Shown: positions 20,190 to 28,763 of the stretch, piece after piece
Numbering within the stretch: the first letter of the stretch is position 1
Layout: every line of letters begins with the position of its first letter
NCBI GenBank assembly: GCA_049472315.1
Contig: JBLIRN010000029.1
Location: 1 to 39,240, forward strand
Direction of reading: 5' to 3'
Source: a bacterium
Lineage (GTDB): Bacteria > SZUA-182 > DTGQ01 > JAFGSM01
Length of the DNA: 39,240 nt
The notes under the pieces: model-generated
The model's database searches: none
What the model was told of the DNA's origin: nothing
What the model saw: only the letters and a program-made list of their open reading frames with translations
Program-made: the position numbers and the translations under genes

Positions 20190-21359
20190 TCATGTATCTT
20201 CCCTGCCTTCAAGAAGCCTGTAATAGAGATCGATATGCATGTGCGCCACCAGGTCAAGATCCATATGCTCAACCACCCATCTCCTCCCGTTTGCGCCCCA
20301 GCGGATCCTTTCCTTTTCATTCGCAAACGAGGCCTTGAGGCATCGTGCAAGATCACCTGCATCTGCCGGGTCGAACAGGAGACCATTGTTACCGTCCTCG
20401 ATGAGCTCCTGGTTTCCGGGTATACGGGAGGCAATGACGGGAAGCCCGCACGCCATTCCCTCCAGAATGGCATTGGAAAGTCCCTCATATCGCGAGGGGT
20501 GCACCAGGAGATCACCGAGATCCAAGTACTCCTTCACCCGGTCGGGAGAAACGCGGGATATAAGGGTAATGCCCTGTGCCACACCCTTTTTATGGATGAG
20601 GTTTCTTATAACACCCTCCAGGGGGCCTGATCCGATGATCCATAGTCTCCAATCACTGTTATGCTCCCGTACCTTCGACCAGGCATCGATCAACAGGGGA
20701 ATGCCCTTATGGGGGTCGAGCCGGCCCAGGCAGAGGGCAAGATTCAGACCATCGAGACCCCGGGCACGTTTTACAGCCTCTTTTTTCTCCCTCTTCAGGG
20801 GGGAGAGGTACTGCGTGTCCACACCGTTAGGAATGATGGTGATCCGCTGGGATCGCACCCCTATGTCCATCAATTCCCGGGCAATCTGCCGCGTAGGGGC
20901 GATAAAGGAACACAGCCCCTTCCTGAGCCCGTACAGCTTCATCCTGCCCAGCCGGGTGGAAAGGGATGCACCAACATCCCCGATCCTTCCGCTCCCACCG
21001 AGCTTTACCACGACAGGGGTGGCGGTGAGCATCCCTGCGGCAAGACAGGCCAGGGCGGTGGAGGTGGCAAGATGGCAATGGATGACATCGAATGCGTGTC
21101 GTCTCCTCAGCAGAAAAGGAAAAAGGCGGGCCACAAACCCCACCGACGCTATTCGTTCCCTGCCGAACACAGGAAGCCGGTGAACAACCACCCCCCCGTG
21201 GCTGTCAGTGCCTGATGCATCCGGGCATCTCCGTGTCACTACCACAATCTTCAGGCCGAGCGAGCAAAGCCTTTCAGCAAGCCTTCGGGCCTGTATCTCA
21301 CTTCCGCCGACCACAGGGTGGTAGTAGTCGATGGCCATACAGATGCGGAGGGGATTCAT
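20190..21359 (-). CDS. GT4-family glycosyltransferase
   Basis: YYHPVVGGSE, IPNGVD, GRLDPHKG, PSRYEGLSNAILEGMACG. Confidence 0.92.
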   Translation of the reverse strand: MNPLRICMAIDYYHPVVGGSEIQARRLAERLCSLGLKIVVVTRRCPDASGTDSHGGVVVHRLPVFGRERIASVGFVARLFPFLLRRRHAFDVIHCHLATSTALACLAAGMLTATPVVVKLGGSGRIGDVGASLSTRLGRMKLYGLRKGLCSFIAPTRQIARELMDIGVRSQRITIIPNGVDTQYLSPLKREKKEAVKRARGLDGLNLALCLGRLDPHKGIPLLIDAWSKVREHNSDWRLWIIGSGPLEGVIRNLIHKKGVAQGITLISRVSPDRVKEYLDLGDLLVHPSRYEGLSNAILEGMACGLPVIASRIPGNQELIEDGNNGLLFDPADAGDLARCLKASFANEKERIRWGANGRRWVVEHMDLDLVAHMHIDLYYRLLEGREDT

Positions 21360-22069
21360 TCCTCGAAGAGTCCCTTTAAAGTCTCGGACAATCGTCCGGC
21401 TCGAAGGTCATCGATCTTTCGTTTGATCTGCACCCTCAACCAGGCGTCCTCGGTATTGTCATAAAGCTGCTGCAAAAAGGACATGGCACCCTCCTTCTTT
21501 CCCGATGTGACCAGCAGGCTTGCCGCAAGTCTGGGAAGATACTGAGGGTGTCCGGGAAGTTGGGCCGCCTTGACAATATGAAAGGATGCCTTTTCCGGAT
21601 CCCGATGATAGTAGAGGTAGTTGAATCCCACATAAAAATGAAGCCGCCAATAGTCCGGATACGAAAGCAATCCCTTCTCCATGAGTGCGGTGCTCTGGTC
21701 GGGATTGCCCCCCTCCAGGGCGAGTATGATGCCTCCGAACTCATAGGGATAGCGGAAGTGGGGGTCCAGCGTGGTGACCAGATCCAGGATGTGATAGAGC
21801 CATGTGTAGCTTCGATCGGTCAGATAATGTCCGCCGAAGTAGCCGATTGCCTTTATCCAGAGAAGATCTGCGGCCAATGAGTCAAATCCGAGGCACAGCG
21901 GCTTCAGGAATCTTCCGGTGGGAAGGTACATCAGCCCTTCCTCCCTGCTCCGCTTGAAGGAGTGGTCAATTGATGTCTGCAGCGAATAGACAGCCAGGAA
22001 AAGAAGAAGGAGCGCAAGGATCCAGATTATACAGCGGGCGATACCGTCATTACGGCTGTTTATGGTCAT
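21356..22069 (-). CDS. Pilin-locus membrane-anchored TPR-like protein (Myxococcus PilG / Geobacter XapA-like)
   Basis: N-terminal TM; YLP...LG...AADLLWIKAIGY, LDPHF, and TPR-like EKG...PDYWR...GFNY; located downstream of the pilins. Family assignment is from recall, not a search. Confidence 0.6.
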   Translation of the reverse strand: MTINSRNDGIARCIIWILALLLLFLAVYSLQTSIDHSFKRSREEGLMYLPTGRFLKPLCLGFDSLAADLLWIKAIGYFGGHYLTDRSYTWLYHILDLVTTLDPHFRYPYEFGGIILALEGGNPDQSTALMEKGLLSYPDYWRLHFYVGFNYLYYHRDPEKASFHIVKAAQLPGHPQYLPRLAASLLVTSGKKEGAMSFLQQLYDNTEDAWLRVQIKRKIDDLRAGRLSETLKGLFEE

Positions 22070-22118
22070 TTTCTCACCCTCCCACAGGATCGTCTGTCAT
22101 GACCGGCACATTCACCAG

Positions 22119-24104
22119 TTATCCGTCATACGCATGCATGCCGCACCCTATCGATTCAAGCTTAGGATATAGTGTGCTCAGATCAAAATCAATGAGTTCC
22201 TTCTCATAGGGAACATGAGCCTTCCCTTCAAGACCGAGTCCCCGTATCCTTAGTATCTCCTCGAATTCGGCGCATGCCCTTGGGGAATCGCCGAGTGCCT
22301 CGTGGGTCAATCCAAGCCAATAATGTCCGGATAGGCAATAGGGCTCCAGACGTACCACCTGTTCGAAGGCATCCCGTGCGTCATGATATCGCCCCTGGTG
22401 GAACAGGGCCTGTCCCAGACCGGAAAAACCCCGATGCAGATACGGGGCGAGCACCAGGGACTTTCTGAACGCCGCCTCTGCCCTGGTGAGAAGCTCAGGT
22501 TGGACAGGAAGGGCTGCATACAGATTCAGATATCCCATGCCCAGGGAAAGGGGAAAATGGTGATCCTCTGGATTGAGCGTCTGTGCAAGTCCGGCCTCGC
22601 TCAGCCCCTTTTCCAGGAAATCGCGATTTTGCGTCATGCCGAACATCTTGAAGTATGCGCCCCCCATGGAGTTATGGTAGGGTGCGCACCCGAAATCAAT
22701 CCGGACCGCACGCTCAATGGTCCGCATGTCGGAGAAGGGATCCATGCCCTCAACCCCGTCAAATATCTTGAACCCGATGTATTCCCGGATGGGGATCCAG
22801 GTGAGTGCGACAACAACCACAAGGGATGCCATGACCGCCATCCTGTACCTTCTCTCCGCAAGGGGAATCCACATGGGTTTTCTTCCTGTTTCCATGATCC
22901 GTATCTGTCTTACCCACACCAGCATAAGCAGCAACAGGAATACGAGGGGAGGAATATGAAAGACAAAGTCCACCATGGAATGGGCAAAGAGGGTCATCAT
23001 CCCCACCAGGAGGGCCTTTTTATTCCCGTGCATCTTGGCATGACCGGCCCCTTTGCTCAGGCATTCCCGAAACACTATCAACAGTGAAAGAAGTATCATC
23101 AGGATACCCGGTATGCCCATCTCGGCACCCACGTGGAGCAGTTCGTTATGGGCGTATCGCGCAACCCTCGCATACCGCGCCCACGCCCCCTCCACCGGAA
23201 AGGCATACCTGAACGAATAAAAAGGGAAATTTCCGATGCCCACGCCGAGCAGGCGATGATCCCTCAGCATGGCAAGGGCGCCTTTCCACATGGACCATCG
23301 GCTGTAAGCATACACGTCACCGCGTCCCACCTCCATGATCCGCACCATGAGGGGATTCGGAACAACAATGAAAAGCACGAAGGCCATGATCAAAACCGAG
23401 AGGACCTTCCATCTCGCTCGTGAGCACAGGACTAATCCCACGCCGCCCCCGGCAAGGGCAAGGAGCCCCCCCCGGGAGCCGGTCAGAAAAAGCGCGCCCC
23501 CCATAAGGGCGACCAGCCCTGCCTTCGGCATCCATTGTGTGCGAAAGGGAGGATGAAATACCATGCGAGCAACGATGAGCATGCACAGGCAGGCAAGGAA
23601 GGCGGCAAGGTGGTTGGAATTGTAAAATGTCCCGGTGATCCTCACCTCGTGTATGAGAAACGCCTGATAGAACCCTATCAGGGATTGCACCACCCCCATG
23701 CCCACCATCCCCCAAAAGAGCATTTCGATATCCCGGACGGAAAAGGTTTGGGCCATGTGAACATAAAAAAGGACGTAACATATTACCAGGACAAGACATC
23801 GCACTGCATTGTGGTGATAGCTGACAAAGATACTGGAGAACGCCGCAAGGAGAATAAATCCCAGGACCGGGAGATCGATGGCGGACCAGGTGATCCACCA
23901 TCCCCTCCGTCTCAATCCCTCCATGAGACTTATGGCAAGGAGGAGCAGGGCCGAAATCTGGATGAAAAGGCCCGGTAACCTCGGTGTCCCGGCCTTGATC
24001 AGGGATGGCAGAAGCACCCCTGTCCATACGATGATGTGGATCAACCGGCGCGCATATAATTCACTGTGTGCCTCAGGCATTGGAAACATCCTTATCGAAC
24101 GCAA
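22119..24104 (-). CDS. O-antigen ligase family (Wzy_C) protein with C-terminal TPRs; candidate pilin O-oligosaccharyltransferase
   Basis: GTFYNSNHLA, TGSRGG, RWSMWKGAL...LGVGIGNF, AHNELL...EMGIPG; C-terminal TPR-like repeats. Start uncertain (TTG 24104 or a downstream ATG). Confidence 0.82.
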   Translation of the reverse strand: MRSIRMFPMPEAHSELYARRLIHIIVWTGVLLPSLIKAGTPRLPGLFIQISALLLLAISLMEGLRRRGWWITWSAIDLPVLGFILLAAFSSIFVSYHHNAVRCLVLVICYVLFYVHMAQTFSVRDIEMLFWGMVGMGVVQSLIGFYQAFLIHEVRITGTFYNSNHLAAFLACLCMLIVARMVFHPPFRTQWMPKAGLVALMGGALFLTGSRGGLLALAGGGVGLVLCSRARWKVLSVLIMAFVLFIVVPNPLMVRIMEVGRGDVYAYSRWSMWKGALAMLRDHRLLGVGIGNFPFYSFRYAFPVEGAWARYARVARYAHNELLHVGAEMGIPGILMILLSLLIVFRECLSKGAGHAKMHGNKKALLVGMMTLFAHSMVDFVFHIPPLVFLLLLMLVWVRQIRIMETGRKPMWIPLAERRYRMAVMASLVVVVALTWIPIREYIGFKIFDGVEGMDPFSDMRTIERAVRIDFGCAPYHNSMGGAYFKMFGMTQNRDFLEKGLSEAGLAQTLNPEDHHFPLSLGMGYLNLYAALPVQPELLTRAEAAFRKSLVLAPYLHRGFSGLGQALFHQGRYHDARDAFEQVVRLEPYCLSGHYWLGLTHEALGDSPRACAEFEEILRIRGLGLEGKAHVPYEKELIDFDLSTLYPKLESIGCGMHAYDG

Positions 24105-24182
24105 GGGGGACTCATGCCCCCCTCCTCAATCGGGCGTATTAGGGATTTGTATCTTCAAGCGGTTGCGCCCTGCCGGGCGCAC

Positions 24183-24223
24183 AAAGGAGAAAAGGCCGCC
24201 CGGAATCCCCGGGCGGCCTTTTC
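24183..24223 (-). terminator. Rho-independent terminator after the second pilin
   Basis: Perfect 15-bp inverted repeat GAAAAGGCCGCCCGG (24189-24203) / CCGGGCGGCCTTTTC (24209-24223), 5-nt loop, ending in TTTTCTCCTTT on the minus strand; 22 bp after the pilin stop. Confidence 0.88.
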
Positions 24224-24244
24224 CGATAATTTACCAGGAACGTA

Positions 24245-24736
24245 TCAATAGACGTTCTTGGCTTCAATCTGTGATATCTCACTTCCAGCATCAGAGGCCT
24301 GGTATTCGGCCTCCACGCCGTCACCGTCGAGGTCGCCGAATGCGCTCGCAGTAAATGAGCCTGCTGTGGTAGCGGGTGCAGTTACTGCAGACGTAACCGT
24401 GTAGACATAGTATACCTGGCCTGCAGGCTCGAACCCGAGGGCGGAGAATTCCGTGTCTTCAGGAACCCATTCCTGTTTTGCCGCAGTTGGGGTAGCCGAC
24501 GGATAACGGGCGATGGTCCCGCCTGCTTCAGGATAGTACGCGTCCTCTTCGGCCTTGTAGGCCTCTTCGACGGTCCTGATGGCACCCAGGTTTGACTTTG
24601 CCTCCGAGGTCTTCGCCTTCAGACGGAAGGTCAGGAAGTTCGGGATAGCGATTGCAGCCAAGATGCCGATGATTGCCACAACGATCATCAGCTCGATCAG
24701 GGTAAAACCTTTTTTACTCTTTAAAAGCCTTAACAT
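24245..24736 (-). CDS. pilA: Type IVa pilin, copy 2 (probable major pilin; 153 aa mature)
   Basis: KKG|FTLIELMIVVAIIGILAAIAIP prepilin motif; strong SD AAGGAGGTG before ATG 24736; GDLDGDG motif; followed by a terminator. Confidence 0.92.
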   Translation of the reverse strand: MLRLLKSKKGFTLIELMIVVAIIGILAAIAIPNFLTFRLKAKTSEAKSNLGAIRTVEEAYKAEEDAYYPEAGGTIARYPSATPTAAKQEWVPEDTEFSALGFEPAGQVYYVYTVTSAVTAPATTAGSFTASAFGDLDGDGVEAEYQASDAGSEISQIEAKNVY

Positions 24737-24818
24737 GGTGGTCACCTCCTTAGGGTTATATGGTTGATAATATAATATACCGTTTACGTCCGCAATGTCT
24801 TACCGTTGAACCGGACCG

Positions 24819-25295
24819 TTAGTATACGTTCTTCGCCGTCTCCTGCACGATCTCGCTATCCTTGGTAATATAGAATTGGGAACGCATGCCGTCACCGTCA
24901 AGGTCCCCGTATGCGTAAGCCCTGAAGTTCTGTGCATAGGTCTCGGCTTCGTTCTGTCCCACGGAATAGCGGAAGTAGACCTGGCCGGTGGGCTCGAAGG
25001 CGATGGCGGAGAATTCGGTGACCGTGATGAACCACGATTCCTTCGAGGTGGCTGGGTCACTCTCCGGATACTGGGCTATAGGCCCATAGTACATATCATA
25101 CTCGGTGTGGTATGCCTCCTCGCCGAGCCGTATCGATCCGAGGTTCGATTTCGCCTCTGCCATCTTCGCCTTAAGCCTGAAGGTAAGGAAATTGGGGATG
25201 GCAATGGCGGCCAGAATGCCGATTATCGCAACAACAATCATCAATTCGATCAATGTAAAACCCTTTTTTTGGAGCATCATTTTCATCATGTTCAT
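24819..25295 (-). CDS. pilA: Type IVa pilin, copy 1 (146 aa mature)
   Basis: KKG|FTLIELMIVVAIIGILAAIAIP and GDLDGDG; several in-frame ATGs (25295, 25289, 25286, 25280, 25277). Confidence 0.9.
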   Translation of the reverse strand: MNMMKMMLQKKGFTLIELMIVVAIIGILAAIAIPNFLTFRLKAKMAEAKSNLGSIRLGEEAYHTEYDMYYGPIAQYPESDPATSKESWFITVTEFSAIAFEPTGQVYFRYSVGQNEAETYAQNFRAYAYGDLDGDGMRSQFYITKDSEIVQETAKNVY

Positions 25296-25347
25296 CGCCC
25301 CTTTCTTCAATCGTCATTTGATTGATTTCATTTGATCCCATAATAAA

Positions 25348-25363
25348 AGCAATCGATGTGCCA
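25348..25363 (-). promoter_or_regulatory. Sigma54 (-24/-12) promoter of the pilin genes
   Basis: Minus strand TGGCAC-ATCGA-TTGCT is a full match to TGGCAC-N5-TTGCW, about 50 bp upstream of pilin copy 1. pilA is sigma54/PilR-dependent in Pseudomonas, Myxococcus and Geobacter. Confidence 0.9.
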
Positions 25364-25452
25364 CCAGGGAAAATATCATATAACCAATTGTAATTAAATA
25401 TTTTATTCCCTTAATCGTTCCCGGGAATTATCCCTTTTTTGCCCGTGGTGAC

Positions 25453-25601
25453 TGACAGATTTTGTCACCAATAACTGAATATTCGATAAGGTGCTGAGAA
25501 CAACAAGGGAATATTAAGGATAATCCATTGAAATATAATATGTAATATGATTCCATTGTCGTGGTATGACGAATTCTGTTCGGAGTTGACAAATTTTGGC
25601 A
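25453..25601. promoter_or_regulatory. Candidate enhancer-binding-protein (PilR-like) upstream sites
   Basis: TGACA-N5-TGTCA palindrome at 25453-25467; variants TGACG-N5-TGTTC (25567-25581) and TGACA-N5-TGGCA (25587-25601). Confidence 0.55.
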
Positions 25602-25606
25602 CCTCT

Positions 25607-26908
25607 TTAGAACACAAGGTTCAGACCGATATTTACCTGATAGGTACGGTAGTCGTAAGTATCAGGCGAATCCAGAGTATCTTGCTCGGAGATATTGGTA
25701 TTTCGCTGCCTCATGGATCCGTTGATGGTGCCCCAGATCCACTCGAGGAACTGATAATCCAAACCCGCCCGGCATTCATACATCTCATCCTTGCGGGGGA
25801 CATTCCTGTAATCGGAATAGGTGTAGGAAAGATCGATCCACGTCCCTATCTTGTAGGTGAGCTGGTGATCAAGCCCCAGCCTTCCCATGCTCGAGTAGTA
25901 AAATTCGGCTTCCCTGCCTGCATATAGAAAGGTAGAATCCTCGATCCTCCGCTCCATGGCAAGCGTAAGTGAGGTAAATTCCGAAAACGTCTGCTTCAAA
26001 TCGACCGCCACCTTCCACGTCTCCGGCATGCGATCCCCTGTGCCTGATGCATCGTTGTATTCCTTCCACTGATACCCCCCCTTGATTGCGCCGGAGAGTT
26101 TTGCAGTGGCCTCCCATTCAAGGCCCGTGAGGACGCTCTGTGTCGTTGAATCGCTCCTCACCGCCTGGACCGGATCGCAGTAATCACTGGCAGTGTAACC
26201 GTATTCGAGGAGTATGGCGGTCTTGGTGAATGGCCTGAGGGTTGCCTTGGAGGTCAGGGTCAGCACATCCCGGTTTCTGTCGTCAGCAACTGAGCTATCC
26301 TCATAACGATGCTCGACAAGGCCCGCATTCAGGGCAATGCCGAAACGATCCCTCATATTCAACCTCACCCCGAGCCGTGCATCCGTCTCCCTCCTATTCT
26401 CCGCCCGGTCCTCAGTGGTGGGAGGATCGGAGGTCTTGCGATAGCGATACCCGCCGTCCACGAAAAGTCCATGGCCGGATTTTCCAAACTGCGTATCGAA
26501 TGCGGAATCCAGGTCGAAAAGGTCCTTATCGTCCACGTCTCTAATGTCGTATCGGAATATTTCAAACAGGTAGCTCAACTGGAACCGGTATTTAGTCTTC
26601 TGCCAGTCACACCGCACCCCTGGCACATAGGAGCGGTAACCACTGGTCTTCTCATATCCCTTCCGCGCGAGGTAGGGATTATCGACGAATCCCTCGGTAA
26701 CATTAAGAAAGGGGTGAATCTCCAGGGAGCCGAAATGGATGTTGCCTATGCCCTCGGCAGCCGATGCAATGAACGAACAAAAAAGAAAAAGTATAAACGC
26801 CGCCGCAAATAACCTGCCAGGATAATCTATCGCCATACCTTTCCTTTTTCTTTTCCCATCCTGTTGCAGAGTAGTCCTCTCCACGTGACGGAAACCCCCT
26901 TTAGTCAT
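25607..26908 (-). CDS. Outer-membrane beta-barrel protein, polysaccharide-export-associated type (BBP2/EpsX-like)
   Basis: Signal peptide (likely start ATG 26836, cleavage near ASA/AE); alternating Tyr-rich amphipathic strands; C-terminal YQVNIGLNLVF beta-signal. Confidence 0.72.
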   Translation of the reverse strand: MTKGGFRHVERTTLQQDGKRKRKGMAIDYPGRLFAAAFILFLFCSFIASAAEGIGNIHFGSLEIHPFLNVTEGFVDNPYLARKGYEKTSGYRSYVPGVRCDWQKTKYRFQLSYLFEIFRYDIRDVDDKDLFDLDSAFDTQFGKSGHGLFVDGGYRYRKTSDPPTTEDRAENRRETDARLGVRLNMRDRFGIALNAGLVEHRYEDSSVADDRNRDVLTLTSKATLRPFTKTAILLEYGYTASDYCDPVQAVRSDSTTQSVLTGLEWEATAKLSGAIKGGYQWKEYNDASGTGDRMPETWKVAVDLKQTFSEFTSLTLAMERRIEDSTFLYAGREAEFYYSSMGRLGLDHQLTYKIGTWIDLSYTYSDYRNVPRKDEMYECRAGLDYQFLEWIWGTINGSMRQRNTNISEQDTLDSPDTYDYRTYQVNIGLNLVF

Positions 26909-26943
26909 TATCGGCTCATCCGTGCATTTTCCTTGGACTACAG

Positions 26944-28482
26944 CTATAGCTTTGCCTGTATCCGATAGCGGATTCGCTCCTGTGATTTCGGGGCGATGGA
27001 AAGCTCAAACCGAAGCGCATGGGCATCCTCCTTTTTCCACTGGTGTGAGCTTTCCATAACCTGCCATTCTCCGGGTACGGATTCGATGACCACCACCCAT
27101 GCTGCCTGGTCCTTTTGGTTGCGCAGGGTGATCTCCCAGGCCACCTCGATGAGGTCAGGGGCCGGTTTCCTCCAATCCGTCTGATTTCTTTCCACAACGA
27201 GATCGAAGGCATACCCGGTCTGTATCCGCACCTTTTCATCCTCAGGGGTATGGGGGATTCTGTCTTCACCCAGGAACTGGATCATGCCCTTTGAGTCGGC
27301 GATATATACCCGGACGATGCCCTCGGGCAGCGGAAGGCCCAGGTGAAATGTCTTTCTGTTTTCGAATTCCAGAAACACGCCGATCCTCTGGGGCCTTTCC
27401 TCATCCCGTGATTTATAGCGGTAGAACTGCTCACCCCCGTAATATCGAAGCTCCTTCTTCACCGGTATCCGCTCGGTGGAAAAAAGACGTATCTGCTTTT
27501 CCTGATTCCCTTTGATATCCACCGTTTCCGGGATATCGTACAGATGGTACTCGAACACCTCTTCCTCCGATACCCCCTGCGTCATCAGTCCGGCTTCTCC
27601 TGCCTCTCTCATCCGGATAAGCCGCGGCCTTTCGGTCTCGACCCTGCCGACCTTCCCGGCCATGAGTTGAAGATGCGTGTTGTTGAAGGGCTCTCCCGTT
27701 TTGTTCACGATGGTAACCAGCCCCTGAAGGTCCCCCCTGGTTTGTTCCGCATTGAGCACCAGCACATAATCCGCATTCCAGTCAATATTCTCCGTAAGAT
27801 AGCTCACCGCAACCGATTGCCTTCCTCCTTGAGAGGTTGCAATCTTCAATGTCAATGAGGGTTCATTTCCCAGATCCGCAGGAAGTTCCGGCAGGACGAC
27901 CCTCCCTGGATGCCCGATATGAATCTCCTCCCCGATCCGAAAGATGGGACCCTGTGCGGTGCTCACCAATTCCGCCTTGAGTGCGCCCTTCTTGCCCGAA
28001 AAATCGTCCTTATCCAAAAGCATGACCGTCTTGCCCACATACCTCTCCATAAGGGCTTGAGGGGTAACAGGATTATATTCATAAATCTGTTCTACAACAT
28101 CCAGGGTCCCCGCGCTGCCCATGGATTTCAACCGCACCGAGGCCGGGATGGTATGGGATGATATATCCCGGAACCGCAGTTCCGCCTTACCGCCGGGAAG
28201 GGTTATCTCCCGTATGTCCTGAACCAGGGCAAAATTATCGTTGTAAATGGTTATCCTTAAGTCTCTTCGATCCGCTTCCGTGGTTTCAAGGGATGGGGTG
28301 CCCTTGAGTTCAAGCGATGTTTCACCGGCACCGGTGACACCCTGCACAATCCCCTTCTCTCCCGCCATCGGCATGACTTGGGCAGTGCACTCATGAAGGC
28401 CCCAACACATACCAGCGATAATAAAAAGCACAAAAACCAGGGTATAATACGGCCTCTTATTCATCCTTGTCCCCTCCATCAA
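26944..28482 (-). CDS. Exported DUF4139/DUF4140-family protein
   Basis: Signal peptide; ITIYNDNFALV, YLTENIDWNADY, EYHLY, GLPLPEG.VRVY, GEDRIPHTP. Confidence 0.75.
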   Translation of the reverse strand: MMEGTRMNKRPYYTLVFVLFIIAGMCWGLHECTAQVMPMAGEKGIVQGVTGAGETSLELKGTPSLETTEADRRDLRITIYNDNFALVQDIREITLPGGKAELRFRDISSHTIPASVRLKSMGSAGTLDVVEQIYEYNPVTPQALMERYVGKTVMLLDKDDFSGKKGALKAELVSTAQGPIFRIGEEIHIGHPGRVVLPELPADLGNEPSLTLKIATSQGGRQSVAVSYLTENIDWNADYVLVLNAEQTRGDLQGLVTIVNKTGEPFNNTHLQLMAGKVGRVETERPRLIRMREAGEAGLMTQGVSEEEVFEYHLYDIPETVDIKGNQEKQIRLFSTERIPVKKELRYYGGEQFYRYKSRDEERPQRIGVFLEFENRKTFHLGLPLPEGIVRVYIADSKGMIQFLGEDRIPHTPEDEKVRIQTGYAFDLVVERNQTDWRKPAPDLIEVAWEITLRNQKDQAAWVVVIESVPGEWQVMESSHQWKKEDAHALRFELSIAPKSQERIRYRIQAKL

Positions 28483-28726
28483 TTTAAATGATCGATTCTT
28501 CCAATGGTATCAATCCGTTCACCACGCCAAGCGCGGGCAGGCAACAAGGCCCTGTGCCCCTCAGCTTCAGCACATTGAAACGGTCATGAAGGTCGGTTCT
28601 CGACGCGTATGATATTCAGCTCCCAGTCGAATCCCACGCCAGGCCCCCAACACCAAGAGCGTTCCTTTTTGGTAATAGTAGTTCACTGAATGAAAACCCA
28701 ATAATTCACACTGTTATATATCCCAT

Positions 28727-28756
28727 TTGACATGCCGAATGCAATTGCCGTAAAGT
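28727..28756 (+). promoter_or_regulatory. Candidate sigma70 promoter, possibly giving a leaderless transcript
   Basis: TTGACA (28727-28732), 18 bp, TAAAGT (28751-28756); ATG 28764 follows 7 nt later with no SD. Confidence 0.5.
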
Positions 28757-28763
28757 ACCCGGT

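Noticed and set aside
20239..21183. 314-aa plus-strand ORF and similar long antisense ORFs (6538-7308, 14944-15750, 17561-18355, 22383-23087)
   Set aside because: Shadow frames of well-supported minus-strand genes in GC-rich DNA, with no motifs.
25264..25270. Phase-variable homopolymer in the pilin leader (A7 on the coding strand)
   Set aside because: Short, and explained by Gln-Lys-Lys codons before the cleavage site.
28560..28660. tmRNA-, tRNA- or 6S-like RNA (minus-strand GGGGCC...GGATTCGAC; plus-strand TCGAATCCC...CCA)
   Set aside because: No cloverleaf, matching acceptor stem or long 6S-type hairpin could be built; an Rfam scan would settle it.
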